A stretch of DNA of 51,606 nt, counting the filler, from Dirinaria sp. TL-2023a (lineage: Eukaryota): NCBI GenBank assembly GCA_051941275.1. It is 3 parts of 3 records of this genome, joined end to end, with 100 filler letters (N's around TTAATTAATTAA, not from the genome) between each part and the next. Parts side by side here need not be neighbours in the genome. Positions count along the whole stretch, not along the records: positions 1 to 17,154 come from JAVEBF010000450.1; 2 more parts are not named here. One strand, 5' to 3'. The translations under genes and the position numbers were made by a program. The notes under the pieces were generated by a model. The model saw only the letters and a program-made list of their open reading frames with translations. It did not search any database and was not told the DNA's origin. Shown here piece by piece: positions 1 to 12,511 of this stretch; the first letter of the stretch is position 1; each line of letters begins with the position of its first letter.

Positions 1-180
1 ATCTAGTAGTAAGTAGTAGTAGCAGTAGCGCCTTCTTGAAAGTTTTTGCATGCCAGCAGTGTAGTTGTAAATAAGGGAAACCCCCCCTTTTTCCTCCCCC
101 TCCCTCTATCCATCCATCCATCCATCCGACTTCAGCCACAACACATTCCATACTAATTGATTCTCCTTCCTCCCCACATC

Positions 181-999
181 TCACGCCTCGGCTTTCGATC
201 CTTTCTTCTTCTGTTCGACCTTGAGCAGCAGCGCGCGATTGATGTGCGGCAGCACGCCCCCGAACGCGATCGTGGCGCGGATCAGCGTGTCCAGCTCCTC
301 GTCGCCGCGGATCGCGAGTTGTAGGTGGCGCGGCGTGATGCGCTTCACTTTTAGATCTTTGGCCGCGTTGCCGGCCAGTTCGAGGACTTCGGCGGTTAGA
401 TACTCGAGCACGGCGGTGACGTAGACTGCGGCTGTTGAGGGAAGCGTGTTAGTGTCTTCTTATTGTCGGAATGTGGGTGTGTGCGCGTCGAAGATAGATT
501 GGGAGGCAAGGCTTGTACATTGGGAGCGTGGGAATATGTACCTTTGGCGCCGACGCGCATCTTGTTCTGCGTGTTGTTCTTCAGGAAACGCTTGACACGG
601 CCGCAGGGGAACTATATATCATGGAATAAACGCGTTAGCTCTGTAGCCTCGAACATGAGTTTCGAGTGGACAAGGAAATGTTGCGGCAAGGTAGCGCACG
701 TGGCAACGCGCTCAAGATTCTCATTTCAGAAGAAGATCCACGATATCATAACACGTTGGATCGAAATCGAGTATTCTTGAGCGCGTTGGTCTGGGTGTGG
801 TGTCATGTATCCGTTTCTTTTTCTCGACGCGCCTCACGCATTTTCGCCGTGTACAATGCCTTGATCGATCCCTCATGCAATCAAAAACGATTTTACTAAC
901 CTGTAGCCCAGCTTTTGCACTGTGCGACTTCTGAGTCTTTCCTTCCGCGGCCTTGGGCCCGGCCTTGCCTCCAGTGGATTTACCTTTCCCACCAGCCAT
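181..999 (-). CDS. HTZ1: Histone H2A.Z, 3 exons (999-901, 611-542, 431-181), 139 aa
   Basis: Spliced translation MAGGKGK...[96 protein letters not shown] is the H2A.Z signature. Both introns are GT-AG and preserve frame. Confidence 0.98.
704..788 (-). other. Long stem-loop inside H2A.Z intron 1
   Basis: CAACGCGCTCAAGA (704-717) is the perfect reverse complement of 775-788. Nested pairs CTC/GAG, ATTTC/GAAAT and GATCCA/TGGATC lie inside it. Confidence 0.7.
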
Positions 1000-2164
1000 T
1001 TCGTGTACTTAATCCTGTGATGAATGATATGTAAATGACCCGACCCGACGCGCACACAAGCCGAAGCTGTTGATGGATAGAGATGGTGGTTGTGTGAGGG
1101 ATGGGTGGATAGAGTGGAAGGATAACAATCTCAGTTGGAGTATGAAGGTTGGAAGGTGAAGAAGCGCTTGGGATGTTATGATTAGCCCGTGTTGGCGGGA
1201 ATGTTTTGCTGCGCTAACCCGGAAGCGTTACGGCGGGACTGTAGCGAGTGCAGTTGCCTGGAAAGCGTCATGTGACCGTGGTTGGGAGGAAGGCCGAAGC
1301 ATGCCATTCAGAGAAGCAGGTGCAGGTACCGTATCAGGCTCAGCACAACCAGATGCGAGGAGGAAGGTAATAGCGTCTGAAGGATGCTGGGACCAAGAAG
1401 TCCAGATTGGTGCATCACCTTTTGTTGGTAAAGGATATGCTCAATAATGATGCCAAAGGCTGAGGGTCTCCTGCTACTCCCATTGCACCAGACTGAAAGT
1501 AGATGCCATCTTCGGCCTTCATTATCGCTTAGATAATACTGAAGACAGAGAATACTTCCAGATCAAACAGGCGCGAATCTGGGATCGAGGAAAAGAAGCG
1601 TTGGGTAGAGATATCATTCTTGTTGACTGGAACAGACAATGAAGAGTAGGTAGTGTACAGTCGAAGTCTAGCCGTAGAGATGGGACTACATTACGGATGT
1701 CCAAAACACCTTTTAGCGCACTTCCACCCTTCTCTCTCGAGTCTCCCTTACTAGGTAAAGTCACTATCATAGCCTTCTACACACATGTACAAGCAGGCAT
1801 TGTCGATCCTACTCTTAGCAGACAAAGGCATCGGCTTGGCAGTTCGACAAGGATGGACTGCAAGCTAGTGTTACTATCGTCTATCTGACCTGGACTACAA
1901 AGCTCATTCTGTAATGTGACCACAGAGTATCCTCACATCCCTCTGTACTAGTGTTCCACATCCGCGGTCGTATGTACATCAAGGAATTCAGACATTGCTG
2001 CTCACGAATGGAACGTACATAGAGCTCGGTCTCGGTACCTGACGTATCCGAAGATATTGCTACACATGCAGATTCTTACCATCATGTTGGTGGGGGAAAA
2101 ACAATCGCTGTAGAGAAAGAAAGGCGAACAAAGTGCATGGTATGTGAGGCGAACCTAAGACCCA

Positions 2165-5100
2165 TCATCTCCTGTCATCGTACTCCCTCGGACGTTCATC
2201 AGGAGGCGGCCCGTAGCCTCCACCATGGCCGTACCCAGGAGGCGTGTATGTCCCTCTACCCGTCTCCTCTCGCCTCGCTCGGTCGTTGATGTCGCGCCGT
2301 GCCTGGTCCACGACCCGGCTGCTCCGGTATTGAAGCATGTCCGGCCGTGATTGTTCCTGCTGCTGGCGCTGACGTAGTGCTTCCTCTTCTCGCAGAGTAT
2401 CTTGTCGCAGGGCTTCTTGGCGGCGGCTATAGGCATCTTGATACAGGCTTAGGGTGGAGCCTTGTCCTGGTGCCTGCTGGTGTTGCTGCTGGCGAGGCGG
2501 AGGCTGAATGGTCGTTGGTTCTTCTTGGCGCAGAGCCTCAGGGTGACGTTTATATGTGTCAGGGAATAGGTTGCGCGGCGGGTCCTGGCGCTGTGCTTGC
2601 TGGTGCTGTTGCTGGTGCTGTTGATGCGATGTATGCTGGATTGTTTGCGACTGGTGCTGGTTATGGTGCATGGACTGAGAATGCTGATGTTGATGATGAG
2701 GGTGCATTTGTTGCTGGGGATGGATTTGAGTGTATGGCGAAGGGTGCAGCACCGGCGTCGCTTGGCTTTGAAGTTGATGAGGAGGTGGTGGTTGAGGGTG
2801 CGATTGCAAACCGACAAACGATGAGTTTCTGGAATGCCCAAACGAGGGTGGCGGAGTTGGCGCATGGCTACGTGGCATAGACTGCAAGGGAGTGCGAGAC
2901 GTTGCTGGAGGAGGATACGTAGTCTGCGATCGTGGGGATTCTGCGCGCTGCGGTTGCTGATAGGGTTGTTGCCGCTCGAGGTAGTTGCGCTGAGCTACGG
3001 TCGCCCAATTCGTGCTTGGTTCTCGACTTTGTTGTGCCTGGTGCTGTGCCTGGTGCTGTGCCTGATATGGTGCTTGGTGTTGAGGAGGTGGATGCTGAGA
3101 CAGGACCTGACCAAGTGAGGATCTTTGGTGGTGTTGCTGCACTTGGCTTGGTGCCTCGCCAGTTGACGGATCACGCCGCATATACTGCATGACAGGCTGA
3201 GTTGGCTGCTGCTGGTAGATAGGTCCAGCTGGTGATTGAGGCGGAGGTGTAGGCGCGGCCGCCGCGCTTGGACGACTATCACTCACGCGCTTGCGGGTCT
3301 GAGGTTCGGCAGGCTCGTCATTGAGGATTGACATAATGTTGGACCTCTTCGGAGGCTGTGGTGGAGGGGGCGCAGCTGGTACAGAGTTTGGTCGAACGCC
3401 ATCTTGAGGCGGCGAGAAGTTCAGGGGCGGTCTTGTATTCGCTGATGATGGTATGGGTGTCTGACGTGGCTGACCAAAACCATCGGTACGCCGCGCTGCA
3501 GTTTGATTCTCTAAACGCTGTTGCTCTTGCCGCTGATCGACTGAGGGATGCTGTTGTGATGTCAACTGCTGGTGTGTAGCCACTCTTGGTTGGATATTGA
3601 TATCGACTGAGTGTAAGGGCGCGATTCGTTTTTGCGAAGTTGTAGAAGGCTGTTGGCTTAAGGGCGTCGACTGGTGCGAGACCGAGGACTGAGAGGGTTG
3701 CACCGGTTGCTGGTATCTTGAGGATCCTTGATTGTTGTCTTGTCTTGCGCGGTCGTGTGCGTGTACTGGTGGCTCATCGAAGTTGGAGGGCCGGTTTGAA
3801 TCCAATAATGACCGGAGAGGATGACCTTCCGACTGCGGCTGTTGACGGATTTGCTGATGTGGCTGAGATGGTGCTGCAGGCTGAGGCTGGAGAGCAGGCC
3901 GAGTACGATCGTCGGAAAAGAATCCCGAACGAGGGCCTTGTAGAGGTTGAGAACCTCGCTGTTGCTGAGATTGGCTCGTCGGGCGTACAGGAGGTCCAGT
4001 ACTACTTAGCAAGGGACCCGGAGACGCTGCGTTGCTAGAAGCAGGCTCCCCTGGTATTAGGGTAGAAGTCGGTCTTTGCGAGCCCGAGAGTAGTTGAGGA
4101 GGCGAAACTTTGATTGGTTTGCTGGGCTGTAGTCCTGCTGAATCTTTGTCAATCTCAGTGGTCTCTACGCTCGGTGCCAAAGGCCTTGGAGGCGCTATTT
4201 GAGGACCAGTGTCGTAGCGGCGTTTTTGAACTATGGTCGGTGGCGGCGGCAAGCCCATATCTTCGCCTCGTTTAATTTTTTCATTTGCAGCTGAGGCAGC
4301 TTCTTCTAAGGCTCTGCTGTCGCCTCGTTCGATTTGGCGATGGTAATAATTCTTGACCTGGAACAACTCTTGTTAGCTGATAATATAATTTGAAGATGTG
4401 CAAACGTGGTAAGACATACCATTGTCTGCGTTTTGGTCTTCATATGGTCTGCAATAGCCTGCCAATTGGTGCCGAAGTGCTGTAGCAGGTTATTAAAATC
4501 GGTCTGCTCCGGGACTGACCAGTAGCTGGAGGTTGGAGGGGCGCCTCTGTGCTGCGGTTGTAGAGGCTCCTGAGCTGCATACGGCGGCTTTGCTGTTGCA
4601 CCTACGTTGCTCATCGCTACTGGCTGTGTCGCAAGCCATGCTTCGTTGTTCTGCTGGTGGTTGAATGATGGCATGCTCTGATTGTTGTGTAGATTAGCAA
4701 GCAACTCTGCCGTCCTGAATTCTTCTAATTGCTGTCCACTTTCGAGCTTTGGCTCTTTACTCTTTCCCCTGGTGCGCTCTTTGTCAACCTTTTGCGGCGA
4801 AGGCCCTGGCGCAGCAGCCAACAGCAGATTTTTGCCTTTTCTCGCGCCTTTCTCTTTTGCAGGGATCGCTCGTGTGCGCTTGGCTGTTGGTTTCTCCGCA
4901 ATTGGTTCGCCACCATCTCCTTTAGCACCGCTAATGTTGCGTTTATTAGGCGTAATTGATGGCGTTGATGTATCGGCTTCCCCGTCACCTCCAAAGGTCG
5001 GCGCAGCTGCCCGTCTTGGTCGCCCTGTATCCGTAACAGCAATCTGGATGATTTCGTCCACCATGGAGGTAGGCATAAGTGATGGCGCACCAGCACCGGC

Positions 5101-8100
5101 CTTCGAAGGCAAGCCTTTGCGGCCTGGTTTCGCTTTTCCCCTTTTCATCCTAACGTTATACTTCTCCTTATAGTGTGCCTCATGTTTTGTCAGATAGTAG
5201 TGTCGGATGCATTCTTGGTAGCTACGATTGGGAAGATCTTTGGCAATCAAGCCGAACTTTTTTGGGTTCGCAAGGAAGCTTTCCGTGAAGATGTCCTGCT
5301 CTTCAAATGAGAAATCATCTTCTTTAGGCACATAGCCAAGGGCTCTATATGCATCCTTAGAGTCGATGCGGTTGGTGGTATCAATCAGACGATGAGTTTG
5401 AACCTCGTGTTCCTCAAGCATGTCTGGAATGACAGCTTCTTTCTCTGGGTTTATCGAGGACTTAGCTTCTTGTTCTCGCCGTCGCTCTTCCTCAGCTTGG
5501 TACATGACCGATTCTCTGATTGCTCTTTCAAAGTCAAGTTCGCTAACGTTTCTGCCCGATCGTCTCCCTTCCATGACCGGTGCTGGCTGTACAAATGGGG
5601 TTGAAATTGGAGCAGGTGTGGAAGGAACGGATGGAACCTTGTTGTCCGCTTTTTTCTTCTCTTCCCATGCTTCTACGGAAAGCCTCCAAGCCTTGTAGTC
5701 TTCGTAGAATTTTGATTTTATTTCTTCGTGACCAGTCTCTTCGATTTTCAACCGAGCCCTTAATTCTGTGAGCAACTGGGCATCAATGATTTCTTGGAAG
5801 TCGGAATGCTCTTGTAGCTCGTCCATCTCTGAAAACGGCGTCGGTGGTCCAGAGGCTAGGTACGGGAGGCTATCCATCGGAGGTGTCTCAGCCTGAACAA
5901 TCGGCGAATGGGCTAGACCTGGAACCAACTGACACGATTCATCTTCGATAGCTTGGGGAGAAGGATATGCGTTTGGTGTACGCTCATCCGCCGGCTGTGG
6001 TTCGAATTTGAATGGTGAGACCCCATTGGCTCTGTCTTCGGCAGCACTCGCAAGAGCATCGATCTCGTCCATGAGTAGCAGCAGCTGCTTGTTGTGAGGT
6101 GGACTTGCAGGCCGCTTAGCCTCTAAGAGCCGAAGCTCTTGCCTGAATTTGCGCTCGTCAGCGTGATACTCTTCATCCAGGTCCATCTCCTCATCCTCGG
6201 AGATAGCGCTTTCTTTGCCTGCCTCTTCACTCTCTTTGGTGATTGAATTGAGATCTGGAGGCTCTCCCAAATCCTCGGTCTTAGGCGATACCCTTCTGCT
6301 AGCTGCTTGCGAGCTTTCCAATACATTTTGAGAAAGAGCTTGTTCGACGTTTATGTACTTTGGAGTCCTGTCTCCAAACACTAAGGCCTTTGTCGGGCTT
6401 TCCGGTGCTTTCAAGCTCTGCCCATCGTCGTTGTCACCGTCAGAAGCATCATTGGATTCTGGCCTGGCATAGAGATGTTTAGGCTGCCCGCTGCTCATCA
6501 TTGACGCCGATCCACGGGCCAGACCTGGTCGCACCCATGTCAAGTTTGGTTGTCGAGGAGGTCGCTGCGTTGCATTGCCCAGCACTGCGTGCGCAGGAGA
6601 CGTGGTTGTTGGCCATGGTGGTGCCCGACTACGGTCTGCCTTTGGGCCTGTCGGAATCTTGACTGGAGAAGACTGGCTTGGCGCATCCTGCAAGTATTGC
6701 TTATTTTGGTATACGGCATTAGCATTGGAAGATGTCGTAGATTGAGGATGCGCTCCGTCCCTTGCTTTGTCCGCTGACGTAACCGTTGGTGCTCGACCGT
6801 ATATAATTTGCGGAGACGTTTGACCCATTCTAGCATCCCTATTGGTATTGGAAGAGCGCTCGCTACTGGCCGATGCAGTAGATGGAGTTTCAGTAGCCAA
6901 TGTATGGGTATTGGATAATTTATTGATCTCATGGCTATCTTGGAATCGACCGTATGTACGGGTAGAGTCTGCGAGTAGATGCCGGGTCTGTTCTGCCTTT
7001 GGCCCGGTTGGAAGGCTTCCGAGTATCTGAGCTTTTGGCGCTGATGGGACATTGACCATCGAAAGGGGAGCATGTGATACCGGTGGCAATGCAGCCTTTC
7101 TGCCCCCAAAATCTGCTCCACTGGGTAGGTCTGTGGATTGCTTCGGATAGACGATCGACCCAAAGGCAGGCACTTGAGGCGCCTGAGGAGGGGAGCTTGC
7201 GCGCTGGGGGGGCAGTTCTCTAATCATTTCCTGAGAAGCTGAACCACGGCGTTCAGCAGCCTGTGACTGGATGCTTTGATTCGTGTTCCTCACGTCAAAG
7301 CCAGCCCGTTCGTAGGGACTCATGTCCATCTCCTGGCCACTGTACGTAGATCGTCCTGCAACGGAGTGGTAGCCAGGACGCGGTGATACAGACGTCGAGC
7401 CTACACTTGCAGAAGCATCCGGCCCTGATCGCTGAGCAGAGACCTCCTTTGCGCTCTTTTCATGTTCTCGGTCTTTGTCGTCCCATTCCTTTCTAGAGTA
7501 TTCATCTCTCCTACTTTGCCCTTGGGTCCAGTCGCGATCACGGTCATCTACCGCTCTGCGCTCCCAGGGTCGCTCACGGGACCGACTTCTAGGCCGAAAG
7601 TTTTCCCGATCCTCACTAAAACTGCCTCTGCTTTTTCTGCTGTATTCTCGTTCAGTTCTGCCACGGGCTGGAAAGCCTCCACGGCTGGCTGAGCTAGTTG
7701 CAAGGGGAGGATCCAAGACTGCAGGGGACGGCTGGGCGAATGCTTCTCTCGAATCCCTTCGGGATCGTTCTGTGTCACCATCCCTAGGCACAAATTCCCG
7801 AGTGTCCCTGTAGTCTCGAGGAGGGGGGGACCTAGACCGATTGCGCCCTATAGGTGAAGTCCGGCGCTCCCGACTCGGATCTCTTTCTCTCCATCCCCAT
7901 TCTCGGTGGTCACGCTCTCTCCGGGCCGCCGATATGTCCCTGGAATCGCGAAACTCCCTGCTCAGCCCATCTCCACGACCTCGAAACCCTCTCCCTCGGG
8001 TGCCATATGGCCCTCTTCCAGGCCCAGTGCTGAATGCTTTAGGACCACGCGGCGGCTCCCGTCCAGATCCTGAATGTGGATGAGGATCGCTTGAGCGGTA

Positions 8101-8241
8101 CGGAGGGTCATTGGTAGTGCGGGCAGACAAGGGCCCACTGCCATAGGGACCCGACGATCTTCTATCAGGAAAACGGGGTGGGGATCGATCTCGAGGAGGG
8201 TAACGAGAATCGCCTCGGCCAGACTGAAAGCGAGACGACAT
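2165..8241 (-). CDS. SNT1: Snt1/NCoR-like double SANT (Myb-like) protein of the Set3 HDAC complex, 2 exons (8241-4420, 4357-2165), ~2004 aa
   Basis: SANT1 is FSFEEQDIFTESFLANPKKFGLIAKDLPNRSYQECIRHYYLTK. SANT2 is SSYWSVPEQTDFNNLLQHFGTNWQAIADHMKTKTQTM|VKNYY, split by a GTATGT..GCTAAC..CAG intron. The N-terminus is RD/RS-rich and the C-terminus Q/P-rich. Confidence 0.88.
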
Positions 8242-9075
8242 CGATCATATTCACATCCCATAAACCGATGTTATTCGATGTTATTCGATCATGGATTGTA
8301 GGAATGAAATTCAAACAGTGAAGTGAACTTTGGTTCATTAAAGTAAGGAAGACTGCAGGACAGCAGACATAGAGTGTGTTGACCTGCAAAGCTGCGACAG
8401 TGACAAAGTGAAGACTGAACATGAGGCTGCACATACTTTAATCGCCTTGTTGCGTGTAGACGCTAGCGCCCGCCTAATTTGCCGAAGGCTCTGATTGGTT
8501 CCCGATGGACTACTCCGTACCGGGACCACCGGGATCACCTGACCGTACCTACTTACTTGAGCAAGGTACCTTGGGTAGGTTTCGGCAAGTCATAACAGGG
8601 GTCTTATTGCAGATCTTATTCAGGCCATGATATTAATGCCAAGGCCAAAATACCTTACCTTGTACTTTTTACTTCCATGTTCTTAACCTGGAAAACAGTA
8701 AGGTATTCCTTCGCACAGCATTTGAAATTGGTCAAAATATTGTAGCGATCACTGATAGGCTGAGCAACAGTGTATAACAATTTTGAGGCAAGTGTGGTTT
8801 CATTTGCCACCGGCGATCCTCACTGCTTATTTTTGTGGGCAGATGCAGGAGCTTTTGAAAATACTGAATTGCTCGTTCCACGACTAAGTCCGGATTCCGA
8901 ACTGACATCCTGTTTGAAATTGATATCTTTTCTACTGCGAGGGTATGTTTTCGATCGCCATTGCAGACTTAATTTTCATATTGACGGCATTTGAGTCTTT
9001 TCATGGTTCCACCATTCGCTGCTTCGATCCCGAAGTCCTTCCGAAGTCAACTGCGGTGATATCGCTAGGGCCATA

Positions 9076-10267
9076 ATGAGTGTAGACGGAGATGGCCATG
9101 GTGCACTGCCCTCTTCAGTATCGGATGCGGTTCTCAAGGCTTCTGCTCCCGTACCGGAAGGAGCAAAAGAAGTGCATGGCATCGAATTCAACGATTTTGA
9201 GACCAAAGACATCACTGTTGCTGAATTGGTCACTGCAATGGCCGGTATGGGTTTTCAGGCGAGTGCTGTATCTGAGGCAGTTCGGATCATAAATGATATG
9301 GTACGTGGCTCAGGACGATTATGTACATTTCACCGATCTGCGAACCTAATATTTGTTGGTACTCGAGAGATTTAGCGAAGACTTCGATTCACCTAACGGC
9401 ACAACCATTTTCCTGGGGTATACTTCCAATCTCGTTTCTTCCGGTTTAAGGGAAACGTTGCGATACCTTGTACAACACAAGCATGTGTCTGCTATTGTGA
9501 CCACTGCTGGAGGCGTAGAGGAAGACTTGATCAAATGCTTAGCCCCCACTTATCTAGGATCCTTCTCGGCAGTAGGCTCGGAACTACGAGAGAAAGGTAT
9601 GAATCGAATTGGCAATCTTGTAGTTCCAAACAGCAATTACTGCGCTTTCGAGGACTGGGTGGTGCCTATCCTTGACAAAATGCTGGAGGAGCAAGAGGCC
9701 TCGAGACATACAGCGGAACCGCTAGTCTGGACACCAAGTACAGTCATCCAGAGGTTAGGAAAAGAAATCAACAACGAAGCCTCCATCTACTACTGGGCCT
9801 ACAAAAATGACATCCCCGTCTTCTGCCCCGCGCTGACCGATGGCAGCTTGGGTGATATGCTGTACTTCCACACGTTTCGTTCGTCGCCTTTGTTTCTCGA
9901 CATTAGTATCACTCGGGACATCCGCAAGATCAATGATATTGCGATGAATGCAAAGCGGGCGGGAATGATCATCCTCGGTGGGGGCCTGGTCAAGCATCAC
10001 ATTGCGAACGCATGCCTCATGCGCAATGGAGCAGATAGTGCTGTATACATCAATACAGCACAAGAATTTGACGGCAGCGATGCTGGAGCAAGACCGGATG
10101 AGGCCGTCAGCTGGGGAAAAATCAAAGTTGGCGGTGACAGCGTAAAGGTAGGTAATCCAAGAACGCCACAACTCTACAACGAGTTGACAAAGCAGGTCTA
10201 TGCTGAAGCGACTGTCGTGTTCCCCCTCATCGTAGCCGCTACATTCGCAAAGACCAGAAAGCGGTGA
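9076..10267 (+). CDS. DYS1: Deoxyhypusine synthase, 3 exons (9076-9300, 9368-10147, 10196-10267), ~358 aa
   Basis: Motifs [41 protein letters not shown] and [21 protein letters not shown] (active-site Lys). The intron 1 acceptor is inferred from frame (see findings). Confidence 0.96.
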
Positions 10268-10801
10268 TTACTTCAGCCTCCGGGTCCTTCCAATATGGTC
10301 CTCTAGTCGCTGCAATAAGCAGCGACGACGGCAGCGACTCGCTTCGTTTTCGATAGGCACTTTTGTGTGCAGAAGAATGCTGTGTCTTCATCAATGACGA
10401 GAGAAGCGTGAGCTGGCTTTGGGCGGGAAGGATGACATAGCTTCATTGAACTGACATCTAGAAGGCATTCAGATCTCATGAGATAGATGTGCATGGGAAA
10501 GCTGCACAGAGGGACGATTATGTAGAGGCTTCCAGAACAATACCAGTGGTAGAGACGCAAGGACTGATACCATTTCTACTCACCATAGTCAGTCTGTGGT
10601 CAGAAAATGATAGATGTAAAGGCTTTGATCAAAAAATCAATAGAATCCGTAATATGAATACACTGAGATCGGAGGAGCGGCAAGGTCGACGAAGATGGCA
10701 CTTCTCTCGCTCAAGACCAGACGCTGTCCTGGTAACCGAAGGCCTTTCCAAGGAGATAACAATGGCTGTGCCGAGATCGATCAGAAATTGAAAGAGCGTG
10801 A

Positions 10802-11113
10802 GATCCAGATGCCCAAACTTCTACGAGAATCATCCAGCACTGCAATCTGCACAAGGAGTGCTACTTATAACAAGCGTTCTCTGTCAAGAGTCAAGAAATC
10901 ACCACTGACACCGTGTTCGCTACGCTCTCTGCGCATGAAAAGACGGATAAAAAACGCTTTTTTGTCATTGAGGACCGGGATTATACCTTGATGGTCGGCC
11001 TCAGATACAACCATCGTTTTCACTGGTGTGCCTGTCCGCACTGCAAATACGGTAAAGTACATGTAGGTTACCAGGGGATAGGAAAGAACATGGGGCAAGA
11101 GAGGGTATCGTGA
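10802..11113 (+). pseudogene. Degenerate fragment resembling an RBR/IBR-domain E3 ligase
   Basis: One frame reads ..HCNLHKECYL*QAFSV..LRYNHRFHWCACPHCKYGKVH, resembling the fungal IBR entry motif FxWCxxPxCxxGQxH. There is an in-frame TAA at 10868 and RING1 cysteines are missing. Confidence 0.35.
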
Positions 11114-12511
11114 GCCCAACAGAGTCAACGTCCTTCTTAGCCTAATTTTGTAACAGACGCACTGGTCAGAGAAGAGATTGCCACTGAAGGGATTTACACA
11201 TTCGGTTCCTGAGCTTCGAGAATACCAACGTTCCCGAGCGGATTTCCAACAACCATCGTTGCTTACATGTGTGCAATAGGCACGAGCTTACCTAGCATAT
11301 GGGTTCTCATGGATCTGTGAGTTTTACGAATGCTTGGATGTTTAGGAAGGCAATTCCGTAAGGGATTGGGAACGCTTGTCCGATCTGGAGATAACAAAAG
11401 GCGGCTCTTGTAATTGAGGGAGGATCATTGGCTCGTTTGAAGGGTAGCGACGGGGATTGGCGGGCGGCTTGGCAAGGCTAGCGAGACTCGCAAGGCTAAG
11501 GTACTACTACGGTACCTTGAAAGTCTACTGTAAGACTCTTGAGTTATCTCTTACTTTTTCAACCTTGAAGGCTTCGATTAGGCCGTAGTGCCGGGCGTTG
11601 GACGTGCTGTACTTTGAAGTAGAGGCTTCGATACGTAGGATCCTATCAGGCCGTTGCGATCACCCAAGCACACCCCATGGTCCGGATCGGCCACGTACTG
11701 TAAGGTATGGAGGAGAAAGATAAGTATTAAGGTCAGGTAAGGTAGGTTCAGATTGGAAAGTTTAACACCTGGTTGCAGGCATGCAGCTGGCAATGCACCC
11801 ACTAAAATGCGGATCGGGGAAACTTGCAGCAAATAGGCCCCCTCGGTCCCCCCTTTAGCGCTGGTGGGTGCAGTGTGCTGTGGCTTCCCGCCTCGCCCAG
11901 GCTTTCAACGGCGGTGTGACTCCCCCAACTGTCTTAGTGGGAAATCCCATCTGCGGGAGCCAGTAGTGAGACTCATCAGCCACCCACTCACTCTTCCAAC
12001 TGTTTCTCCCTCTAGTCACAGTCCAGTCAGAGTCACAGTCACGACAAAACAAAACAACGGAAAGCTGCTGACTGCTGAACATCATTTGCAGCCTCATCGT
12101 CGCAATGTAACCCAGAAACAGTGCTGCCCACCATAGAGGAGCAATTGCGGCCGAATCTCTGCGCATGTACGAGTACCTACTCGTACTGTACAGTTGGTAC
12201 AGGTACAGAGTGCCCTCTCCACACTTATCTGCAATTCACAACTTCCTCGGGCCATACATTGACCGAGGAGTAAAGTCTCTGCCTTGAGCGACTACCTACT
12301 GACCAAAGAGGCCATTGAAGCCCTAGTGCCTTGGCCTGTGGTAGCCTCATATCTGCCTACACGATCAATCTCTTCTCTTACAAGACTTCACCTTCCACAA
12401 GCTCTTGATGACTGAGACACGAGCCTTACCCCACATCTTGAGACTTGACTCACCCCACAGCTCACCTTCCACTTCACTGCCCGGTTGTCCTGTGACAACG
12501 AGAGATTCACT

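Noticed and set aside
2299..7813. Many plus-strand and alternate-frame ORFs inside SNT1
   Set aside because: By-products of low-complexity Q/P/R/S coding sequence.
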